The notes under the pieces were generated by a model. It was not told where the DNA came from. It saw only the letters and a program-made list of their open reading frames with translations, and did no database searches. Source: Chthonomonadales bacterium (GTDB lineage Bacteria; Armatimonadota; Chthonomonadetes; Chthonomonadales; Chthonomonadaceae). From it: DNA of 15,177 nucleotides. The DNA is taken from positions 1 through 15,177 of the forward strand of contig JBBQPO010000151.1 in the NCBI GenBank assembly GCA_038217285.1, in the 5' to 3' direction. Each line of letters opens with the position of its first letter. The first letter of the stretch is position 1. This document shows positions 7,005-13,652 of this stretch, one piece after another. The position numbers and the translations under genes were made by a program.

Positions 7005-9002
7005 TCAGTGATCGATGTAGTTTTTCGACACGCCAAGCTCCTCGGGCGCGTGCAGGCGCAGCATCTTCATCGCGATGTCGTGCGGCACATGGGCGGCGGT
7101 AGCCAGCGAGACGACGACCATCACGGTGATCGAAACGGGAACGCCCCAGATCGCGGGCTGCTCCATCAGAGTGCGAATCTGCGGACTGACCTCCCACAAA
7201 AGCCACTTCTTGTCGAGCGCCATCGAACAGACGATCGCCGTCAGCGACAGCAAGCCCCCTGTCAGCATTCCGGCAGCAGCGCCGTGGCGGGTCAAACCAC
7301 GCCACCAAGCGCCGAGCAGAAGCAACGGGAAGTAGGACGCCGCTGCGATGGCGAAAGCCCACCCGACCATCATGGCGATGTCGAAGGACTGTACCAGCAG
7401 TCCGAGCAGCATCGAAATGACGCCACACACGATGGCGGCGATCTTGAAGGCCTTCAGGCGGTCGCCCTGGGACGCATTGGGCCGCAGCATCTTGCCATAG
7501 ATATCGTGGGCCAGCGCGCCCGACATGCTGACCAACAGACCGGAGAACGTCGACATAAAGGCCGCGAACGCCCCGGCGCTCGTGATTCCGCTCAAGATCT
7601 GCCCGAGCAGCTTATTGCCGGTCAGCGCCATCGGCAGCTTGATCACGATGCTGTCGGTCGCATTGTTGGCGTAGAGGATCGGAAGAATGTTCCGTCCAAT
7701 GGCACCCCAGATAGGCGGGAAAAAGTAGAAGATTCCGATCAGAACCATAACCCATAGCGTCGTCCGCTTGGCGGATCTTCCATCCGGGTTTGTGTAGAAT
7801 CTCACCAGAATATGAGGCAGCCCCGCCGTACCACAGACCAGCGCCAGGATCAACGAATAGGTATAGAGCAGCGGATGCCCATACTTACCGGTCATGGTCC
7901 CGAACGGCTCGCTCCACTTCTTATTCGACTGCGCGTTCGGGATAGCGGAACCCGCAGCCATTAGTCCGCTCGTCTTCGTCAGAAACTCGATTTTCGGAGA
8001 GTTGCGAAGGTTCGCGCCGTCTTTCATGAGTGGATTTCCGGACTGCGTGGCCTTATAGGGATGAGACTCCAACACCGATCCGGCGGCAATGGTAATCCCG
8101 TGCGGCCATCCGCCCGCCGGACTGGTGGCGACAATCTGATCTCCCTGCAGGACGACCAGCGCACCGGCATGAAGCGGATCTTCGCCCGGTTCGAGTTTGC
8201 GCGCCGCCGAGACCTTATCGAGTTTCGCGCCGTCGGGAAAGGTGATTCGCGTGACGGGGCCCGACGCGAAGGCGACGGCGTTGGCCGGGGCACCGTCCTT
8301 GCCTTTGAAAGCGACCTTCGTCTCGTTCTCCAGTTTGGGCGTAGCCTTCGGGTTATCGACGTTCGCGGCGACGTTTGCAGGGTAGCCGCCATAGACCGAC
8401 ATCAATACGAAGACCGGAACGGAGATCGCGAACACTTTGGCCCAGTACTGAAACGCCTGGACGAAGGTAATGCCTTTCATTCCGCCAAGCGCCACATTGA
8501 ACGTGATGACCGCACCGACGACGACGATTCCAACCGCATAGGGCCAGTTCAGAATCAAGGCCATCGTCAGGCCCGCGCCCTTCATCTGCGGCATCGTATA
8601 GAAAAAACCGATGAAGAGCACGAAGATGACGGCGATCTTGCGGAACGTCGGGCTGTCAAAACGTCCCTCTGCGAAGTCAGGAACGGTGTAGGCGCCAAAA
8701 CGACGCAACGGCCCCGCGATGAAGAGCAGGAGAAGCAGATAACCGGTGGCGTAGCCGACAGGGTACCAGAGCGCGTCATAGCCGTTCTTCATCAACAGCC
8801 CTGCGATACCCATAAAGGAGGCTGCGGAGAGATACTCCCCCGAGATCGCGGAGGCGTTCCAGAAAACGCTGACCGACCGGCCAGCGACGAAGAAGTCGGA
8901 GGCCGATTTCGACATCTTCGTGGCATGGATGCCCAGCCAGACCGTCGCCGCGATGATGAGGATAACAAACGTAAGCGGTATCCACGCGATCCCCTCGGTC
9001 AT
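7005..9002 (-). CDS. Sodium:solute symporter, ActP/cation-acetate-symporter-like, with a large hydrophilic insertion
   Basis: Motifs DFFVAGR, NASAISGEYLSAASFMG, GGMKGITFVQ and GTAGLPHILVRFYT, and many TM segments. Start reassigned to the ATG at 9002 (MTEGIAW), which overlaps the DUF485 stop as ATGA; about 665 aa. Confidence 0.9.
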   Translation of the reverse strand: MTEGIAWIPLTFVILIIAATVWLGIHATKMSKSASDFFVAGRSVSVFWNASAISGEYLSAASFMGIAGLLMKNGYDALWYPVGYATGYLLLLLFIAGPLRRFGAYTVPDFAEGRFDSPTFRKIAVIFVLFIGFFYTMPQMKGAGLTMALILNWPYAVGIVVVGAVITFNVALGGMKGITFVQAFQYWAKVFAISVPVFVLMSVYGGYPANVAANVDNPKATPKLENETKVAFKGKDGAPANAVAFASGPVTRITFPDGAKLDKVSAARKLEPGEDPLHAGALVVLQGDQIVATSPAGGWPHGITIAAGSVLESHPYKATQSGNPLMKDGANLRNSPKIEFLTKTSGLMAAGSAIPNAQSNKKWSEPFGTMTGKYGHPLLYTYSLILALVCGTAGLPHILVRFYTNPDGRSAKRTTLWVMVLIGIFYFFPPIWGAIGRNILPILYANNATDSIVIKLPMALTGNKLLGQILSGITSAGAFAAFMSTFSGLLVSMSGALAHDIYGKMLRPNASQGDRLKAFKIAAIVCGVISMLLGLLVQSFDIAMMVGWAFAIAAASYFPLLLLGAWWRGLTRHGAAAGMLTGGLLSLTAIVCSMALDKKWLLWEVSPQIRTLMEQPAIWGVPVSITVMVVVSLATAAHVPHDIAMKMLRLHAPEELGVSKNYIDH

Positions 9003-9391
9003 TCCATCCCCTCTTCCTGCGGTGCGGTCGTCGTCGCCCCTACAGTGGTAGAAACCGCTGCAGGCAACATCGTACGCCCGATAGCCGTACACTCCGCTTC
9101 GATAGCGTCCGATTTCTGGACGAAGTAGGAGGAGAGAAGCCAGGTCAGGGGAAAGAAGCAGATCCCCAGAATGAGCCAGGTCAGGCTGAACCCGAAGAGA
9201 CGACTGTTCATCAGCGCAGGCTGGCTCTGGTTGAGCCAGGGAAGCGCCAGAAGCGGCAGCAGGAAGAGCGCTGCCACCTGCAGGCTCAATGCGGCTTGCC
9301 GCCGCATGACGACATGCAGGAGCTTCTCCTGTGTTTCTAAGGGTATCAGGCCGGGCGACGTTGTCGCGATGTCAGGAACCGTGTTGCTCAT
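8999..9391 (-). CDS. DUF485 (YjcH-like) small membrane protein, usual partner of ActP-like symporters
   Basis: Two TM helices in 130 aa, SD GAAGGAG upstream, and translational coupling to the symporter in the known DUF485-actP arrangement. Confidence 0.8.
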   Translation of the reverse strand: MSNTVPDIATTSPGLIPLETQEKLLHVVMRRQAALSLQVAALFLLPLLALPWLNQSQPALMNSRLFGFSLTWLILGICFFPLTWLLSSYFVQKSDAIEAECTAIGRTMLPAAVSTTVGATTTAPQEEGME

Positions 9392-9460
9392 CGGTGCGCA
9401 TTCTCCTTCGAAGGCTGAAACTGCCAGACACGAAACGTCGTGTCCGCGAATCGAGTCGGA

Positions 9461-10339
9461 TCAGGCATGAATCATCGTGCCAATACCGGTGTCGGTGAAA
9501 ATCTCGATCAGCAGCGAATGGGGTTGCCGCCCATCTATCAAGTGGGCACGACTGACGCCTCCCTCGATCGCTGCAATGCACGCCTCCAGTTTGGGGATCA
9601 TCCCACGCTCCGCTGCCCCGCTGGCGATCATCGCGCTCGCCCTGTCCGTATCCATACGCTGAATGAGGGAAGACTTGTCGGCATAGTCGGCATAGAGACC
9701 TTCTACATCGGTCAGCAGCACCAGTTTCGCCGCGCCCACCGCCGCCGCGATATGCCCGGCCACATGATCCGCATTGACGTTATAGCTCGCTCCATCCGGA
9801 CCGATCGCCACAGAGGAGACGACCGGGACATACCCATTGCCGCTCAGCAAGTTCAGGATTTCAGGATTAACCTGAGCGACCTCGCCTACAAACCCCAGAT
9901 CGCCGAGCGCTGACTCCATGCGATACGCCTGGATCAGGTTGGCATCCTTACCGCTCAATCCGACCGCTTTCGCGCCCTGTCGATTCAGGAGCGACACGAT
10001 GCCCTTGTTCGTCTTGCCGGTGAGGACCATCTCGACGATCTCCATCGTTGCGGCATCGGTCACGCGTAGGCCGCCGACAAAGGTCGGCTCCTGCCCCATC
10101 TGCTTCATCATCGCGCTGATCTCAGGGCCACCGCCATGTACAAGTATAGGTCGAATACCTACGTAGTGAAGCAGGGCAATGTCCTGCATCACCTGCATCT
10201 TCAGCGCCTCATCGATCATGGCGTTGCCGCCATATTTCACGACGATAGTCTTGCCGTAAAACTGCTTCAGGTAGGGCAGCGCTTCGATCAGGACCGCAGC
10301 ATGCTGACGAGGTTCAAGTTTATTGGTCATAGTTGGCAT
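9461..10339 (-). CDS. argB: Acetylglutamate kinase, arginine-sensitive (hexameric) type
   Basis: VVKYGGNAM, VHGGGPEI, GLRVTD, NVNAD and GMIPK. The N-terminal helix (L.EALPY) and C-terminal EIFTDTGIGT are the signature of Arg-inhibited NAGKs. Alternative start at 10330. Confidence 0.97.
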   Translation of the reverse strand: MPTMTNKLEPRQHAAVLIEALPYLKQFYGKTIVVKYGGNAMIDEALKMQVMQDIALLHYVGIRPILVHGGGPEISAMMKQMGQEPTFVGGLRVTDAATMEIVEMVLTGKTNKGIVSLLNRQGAKAVGLSGKDANLIQAYRMESALGDLGFVGEVAQVNPEILNLLSGNGYVPVVSSVAIGPDGASYNVNADHVAGHIAAAVGAAKLVLLTDVEGLYADYADKSSLIQRMDTDRASAMIASGAAERGMIPKLEACIAAIEGGVSRAHLIDGRQPHSLLIEIFTDTGIGTMIHA

Positions 10340-11563
10340 TTACGTGTGGTATTCGGCGTTGATTTTGATGTAGTCGTAACTGTAGTCGCACGTCCAGATC
10401 GTCGCGACTTCGTCTCCCATATTCAGATCCATCACGATCTGCACCTCTTTGCCAGTCAAGTAGTCGTGCGCGCCGTCGCGGTCGAACTCCACGCTGCGGC
10501 CTGCCGAGCAGACGATGTGCTCGCCGATTCGGACCTCGACTCCGCTTGGGTCGAAAGGAACCCCGGCGCGGCCTGCGGCCATGAGAAGGCGGCCCCAGTT
10601 CGGATCGTTACCGAACAGCGCCGTTTTGACGAGCGGTGATTCCGCGATGGTCTTCGCAATTCGGTGCGCTCCTGCCTCCGTCGCCGCGCCCCGTACCACG
10701 ACTTCGACAAGCTTCGTCGCGCCCTCCCCATCCCGCGCGATCTCCTTCGCCAGGCCGACACAGAGCCGAGTCAGCGCATCGACGAAATCCTCGAAGGCCG
10801 GGCCAGGTCGCGAGATCTCTCCCGCTCCCATCCCGGATGCCAGCAGCAGACACATATCGTTCGTACTCGTATCCCCATCGATGGTAACACTGTTGAACGA
10901 AACTGCCACCGCTCTGTTTAATGCTTCCTGGAGCAAGGCGGCCGGTAAGCGCGCATCCGTCGTGACGAACGCGAGCATTGTCGCCATGTTGGGCGCGATC
11001 ATTCCGGAGCCTTTGCACATACCGCCAAACCGAATCGGCGCCACCCACACATCCGAATCGGCCTCGAAGGCGCTGTGCTTAGGGTAGGTATCCGTGGTCA
11101 TGATGGCCCGGGCCAGCGTTTGATCGGTGTCGCCCTCCCGGTCCAGTCCGGCGACTGCCGCCTCGATGCCTGCCTGCAGTTTGTCCATCGGCAGCAGGTG
11201 CCCGATAATCCCGGTGGAGGCGGTGAGGACGGCGTCGGGCGGCAGATTGAGGCGACGACTGACCCACTCCGCCAGCGTCCGGTTGTCCTGATCGCCTTGC
11301 TCTCCGTTGCAGGCGTTCGCATTGCCCGCGTTGATGAGGACCGCGCGGGCCGTGCCGTTCTTGACGACGCGCCGCGAGTACTGTACGCAGGCGGCCTGGA
11401 CCCGGTTGGTCGTGAAAACGCCAGCGACCGCGCAGGCGCTCTCACTGACCAACAGGGCCAGATCCTCGCCCTCAGTCTTCAGGCCGCACCGTACTCCGGA
11501 GGCGACAAACCCTTCCGGAAACGTGATTCCCGCTGCCTCCGCCTGTTGCCATCGTATTAACAA
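10340..11563 (-). CDS. argJ: Ornithine acetyltransferase / N-acetylglutamate synthase ArgJ
   Basis: NAGNANA, STGIIG, IMTTDT, the autoproteolysis site KGSGMIAPNMA|TML, DGDTSTND, DGEGATK and DPNWGR. TTG start with SD GAGGAG 7 nt upstream. Confidence 0.97.
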   Translation of the reverse strand: MLIRWQQAEAAGITFPEGFVASGVRCGLKTEGEDLALLVSESACAVAGVFTTNRVQAACVQYSRRVVKNGTARAVLINAGNANACNGEQGDQDNRTLAEWVSRRLNLPPDAVLTASTGIIGHLLPMDKLQAGIEAAVAGLDREGDTDQTLARAIMTTDTYPKHSAFEADSDVWVAPIRFGGMCKGSGMIAPNMATMLAFVTTDARLPAALLQEALNRAVAVSFNSVTIDGDTSTNDMCLLLASGMGAGEISRPGPAFEDFVDALTRLCVGLAKEIARDGEGATKLVEVVVRGAATEAGAHRIAKTIAESPLVKTALFGNDPNWGRLLMAAGRAGVPFDPSGVEVRIGEHIVCSAGRSVEFDRDGAHDYLTGKEVQIVMDLNMGDEVATIWTCDYSYDYIKINAEYHT

Positions 11564-11574
11564 GACGTTTCTCC

Positions 11575-12114
11575 TCAGCTCGTCTGCTCTTTGTGGGGTT
11601 GAGCGGGGCGTACCGCCGCTCTATACGCGCTGGAACTCTTAATGCGTTCGAGTTGGCGTGTATGATGCCCATAGTGCGAAATTATGGTTGCGAGCCACTC
11701 TTTACCGTTCAGCCTGCCATATTGGAAATGCCAACTGACCTGCTTGGGATTGATGGGTCTGCCCGTCGATTCCGCCAGCCGAAGCAGCGAACCCGCGTGA
11801 TCTTTGCGCACGTCGTCAAAGGATCTCTTCCCGGCTCCGCGATAGAGCGAGCCCGCTTCGTACTGCAGCGAGCGTCCCCGTGTGAAAGCCTCCAGAATAT
11901 TGGCGACTCCATAGTTGACATCGGCCACATGCGCGACCATATCGCGTATACTCTTCGGACAGGAGCCGCGCATCCGAGCGCCCTCTTCGCTGACATCCTC
12001 GAGAAGATTATCAAAGACCCACCCCGCCACGAGACCCTCCTCCAGAAGGGCGTCCCAGTCCTTGGCCCGCACGAGAGGATCGATCAAAATTCGTTTCCGT
12101 ATCAGCTTTAGCAT
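11575..12114 (-). CDS. DinB/YfiT-superfamily protein (putative His-triad metalloprotein)
   Basis: SIRDMVAHVAD and ISHYGHHTRQL match the DinB four-helix-bundle His pattern. SD TAAGGA upstream. Tightly packed between argC (25-nt gap) and argJ (11-nt gap). Confidence 0.75.
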   Translation of the reverse strand: MLKLIRKRILIDPLVRAKDWDALLEEGLVAGWVFDNLLEDVSEEGARMRGSCPKSIRDMVAHVADVNYGVANILEAFTRGRSLQYEAGSLYRGAGKRSFDDVRKDHAGSLLRLAESTGRPINPKQVSWHFQYGRLNGKEWLATIISHYGHHTRQLERIKSSSAYRAAVRPAQPHKEQTS

Positions 12115-12139
12115 GGTAGATCCTTACTTATCCGTCTGC

Positions 12140-13180
12140 TCAGGGCCAAACCCCTCCCATAGCCAGTCCGTCTGTCTCGTTGAAACCGCACATCAGATTC
12201 ATATTCTGAATCGCCTGTCCTGCCATCCCTTTGACCAGGTTGTCGATCGCCGAGACGACTGTAACGCGGTTCAGGCGCGCGTCTACCGCCAGTCCGAGGT
12301 GGCACATATTCGAGCCCAGCGTCTGTTTCGTCGCGGGCAGGTCGTCGCGAACCGCCACAAACGGGGCATCGGCGTAGAACGCACTATACATCTTCAACAG
12401 TTCTTCCCGCGTTCCCTTCTCTTTAAGCATCGCATAACAGGTCGCGAGGATGCCGCGCGTCATCGGGATCAGGTGTGGGGTAAAGGTGAGAGCGACTTCA
12501 GCGCCTGCCACGAGGGACAAAGACTGCTCGATTTCAGGCGTATGACGATGGGTTCCGGCGATTTTGTAGGCGCTGACGCTTTCGTTTGCCTCCGGAAAGT
12601 GGTAGTCCTGGCTCCATTTCGACCGCCCCGCGCCGGAAACGCCCGACTTGGCATCGATCAGCACAGACGCAGGATCGACGAGTCCATTCACGAAAAGCGG
12701 CAGGAGAGCGATCAGCGAGGCGGTCGGGAAGCAGCCTGGATTGCCCACCAGGCGCGCTACCCGGATCGCTTCGCGATTTCGTTCCGGCAGCCCATACACG
12801 GCCTGTGCATTCCAGTCCGGGGCCGTGTGCGCCTGCTTGTACCATGTCTCATAGAGCGCTACATCCCGCAGTCGAAAGTCAGCGGAAAGATCCACCACCT
12901 TACACCCGGCCTCCAGGAGTTGTGGGGCGATATGCATCGCCTTTCCGTTGTCCTGCGCGAGAAACACGACATCGCACTGGGCTACCTCCGTGCCGTCGCC
13001 GTAACTTGAGAACACGATATCAGACCGTTTCGCCATCCCCGCGAACGCCGCCGACACCGGCTGGCCCGCATACGTTTCCGAAACCGCCGCGCGTACTCGC
13101 GCTCCAGGATGTGCCGCCAGCAGCCTCAACAGCTCGCCGCCACCATAACCGGAAGCTCCTACAATCGCTACGTCTATCAT
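12140..13180 (-). CDS. argC: N-acetyl-gamma-glutamyl-phosphate reductase
   Basis: GASGYGG, DLSADFRL, catalytic NPGCFPT, SGVSGAG, HRHTPEI and DNLVKGMAGQAIQNMN. SD GAGGAG upstream. Confidence 0.98.
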   Translation of the reverse strand: MIDVAIVGASGYGGGELLRLLAAHPGARVRAAVSETYAGQPVSAAFAGMAKRSDIVFSSYGDGTEVAQCDVVFLAQDNGKAMHIAPQLLEAGCKVVDLSADFRLRDVALYETWYKQAHTAPDWNAQAVYGLPERNREAIRVARLVGNPGCFPTASLIALLPLFVNGLVDPASVLIDAKSGVSGAGRSKWSQDYHFPEANESVSAYKIAGTHRHTPEIEQSLSLVAGAEVALTFTPHLIPMTRGILATCYAMLKEKGTREELLKMYSAFYADAPFVAVRDDLPATKQTLGSNMCHLGLAVDARLNRVTVVSAIDNLVKGMAGQAIQNMNLMCGFNETDGLAMGGVWP

Positions 13181-13211
13181 AACTCGCTCACTCCTCTTGC
13201 GCTACACAGAT

Positions 13212-13248
13212 AAAAATGAATTTGCCGCTCGGTCATGGGACCGGCGGC
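13212..13248 (-). terminator. Second terminator-like hairpin in the arg leader
   Basis: The sense strand reads GCCGC-CGGTC-CCAT-GACCG-A-GCGGC followed by AAATTCATTTTT. The U-tract is displaced from the stem, so strength is uncertain. Confidence 0.5.
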
Positions 13249-13259
13249 GGGCAGTTTCT

Positions 13260-13308
13260 AAAAAATGAACGCCGTCGGCCTCCCGGTTGGGGCTGCCCAC
13301 GGCTTTCA
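13260..13308 (-). terminator. Attenuator (conditional intrinsic terminator) of the arg operon leader
   Basis: The sense strand reads TGAA-A-GCCGT-G-GGC-AGC-CCC-AACC-GGG-AG-GCC-G-ACGGC-G-TTCA-TTTTTT. Its 5' arm contains CGTGGGC, complementary to GCCCACG at the leader stop codon. Confidence 0.75.
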
Positions 13309-13347
13309 GTCGGTTGGTATGTCACAGGACAACGACGCGGCGTGGGC
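13295..13347 (-). promoter_or_regulatory. Antiterminator stem of the arg leader
   Basis: GCCCACG (13347-13341) pairs perfectly with CGTGGGC (13301-13295), with nested GTCG/CGAC and TGTC/GACA helices. It is mutually exclusive with the terminator. Confidence 0.7.
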
Positions 13348-13409
13348 TATTTGCCTGTACGCTCGCGGCGACGGTTGATAAAACTGCTGCAGACGTTGTC
13401 GATGAACAT
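13347..13409 (-). CDS. Arginine-rich leader peptide MFIDNVCSSFINRRRERTGK (putative arg operon attenuator peptide)
   Basis: ATG at 13409, TAG at 13349-13347. The Arg codons CGT CGC CGC (GAG) CGT are clustered at codons 13-17. SD-like GAAGGA lies 11 nt upstream. It sits between the promoter and the terminator. Confidence 0.8.
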   Translation of the reverse strand: MFIDNVCSSFINRRRERTGK

Positions 13410-13445
13410 GGAAAATCTATTCCTTCATAAGTTGAAGACAGTAAG

Positions 13446-13475
13446 AGTATACCGGGCGGAACGCCATCATGTCAA
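13446..13475 (-). promoter_or_regulatory. sigma70-type promoter of the arg operon
   Basis: -35 TTGACA (13475-13470), 18-nt spacer, -10 TATACT (13451-13446), and an A-rich UP-like tract (CACAAACAAAAATCAAA) upstream. Predicted TSS near 13439. Confidence 0.85.
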
Positions 13476-13515
13476 CCGGATTTGATTTTTGTTTGTGAAA
13501 TTCCCTCGTGGAACT

Positions 13516-13628
13516 GTTCACGGGGCTCAAGCCCCGCGCTGAAACGGGAAGTCCGCCGTCGCGGACTCAAAGCCGCGAGTCCGCGAAGGCGGACTTCCCC
13601 TCTCAGAACGGCAATTCATTGCCGGGAA
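13516..13628. repeat. 113-bp REP-doublet (REPIN-like) palindromic element, copy 2 (inverted relative to copy 1)
   Basis: Same four-hairpin architecture as 5562-5674, with compensatory substitutions in hairpins 2 and 4. Confidence 0.9.
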
Positions 13629-13630
13629 CA

Positions 13631-13649
13631 GAGCAGGGGAATCCTGCTC
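13631..13649 (-). terminator. Possible terminator hairpin downstream of the hydantoinase B gene
   Basis: Plus strand GAGCAGG-GGAAT-CCTGCTC gives a 7-bp stem 3 nt after the stop codon. The T tail is weak (TGTT) and runs into the repeat. Confidence 0.4.
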
Positions 13650-13652
13650 GGC

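Noticed and set aside
9003-9092. 30-aa N-terminal extension of the symporter in the ORF track
   Set aside because: It overlaps DUF485. The ATGA stop/start coupling at 8999-9002 gives a more credible start.
11601-11621. GAGCGG...CCGCTC hairpin at the 3' end of the DinB gene
   Set aside because: Short GC-rich stem inside coding sequence, single copy and without a U-tract; compatible with chance.
1308-13182. Numerous long antisense or alternative-frame ORFs (e.g. 1492-2388, 8061-9128, 11915-13009)
   Set aside because: Shadow ORFs expected from high-GC codon bias opposite well-supported genes; none has recognisable motifs.
13205-13275. AAAAATGAAT/AAAAATGAAC motifs as ArgR ARG boxes
   Set aside because: Only half-sites. 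They lack the TGAAT-N4-ATTCA palindrome, do not overlap the promoter, and are better explained as terminator U-tails on the minus strand.
13417-13428. Three-codon ORF MKE* upstream of the leader peptide
   Set aside because: It overlaps the leader's SD (ATGAAGGAATAG), has no SD of its own and is too short to support.
13216-13485. 89-aa plus-strand ORF over the arg leader
   Set aside because: Antisense to the promoter and attenuator, with no recognisable domain; probably a shadow ORF.
5675-13515. Composite transposon or invertible segment bounded by the two inverted 113-bp repeats
   Set aside because: No transposase or recombinase in the window and no evident target duplication. The copies are 13% diverged and operon order is intact across copy 1, so independent insertions are simpler.
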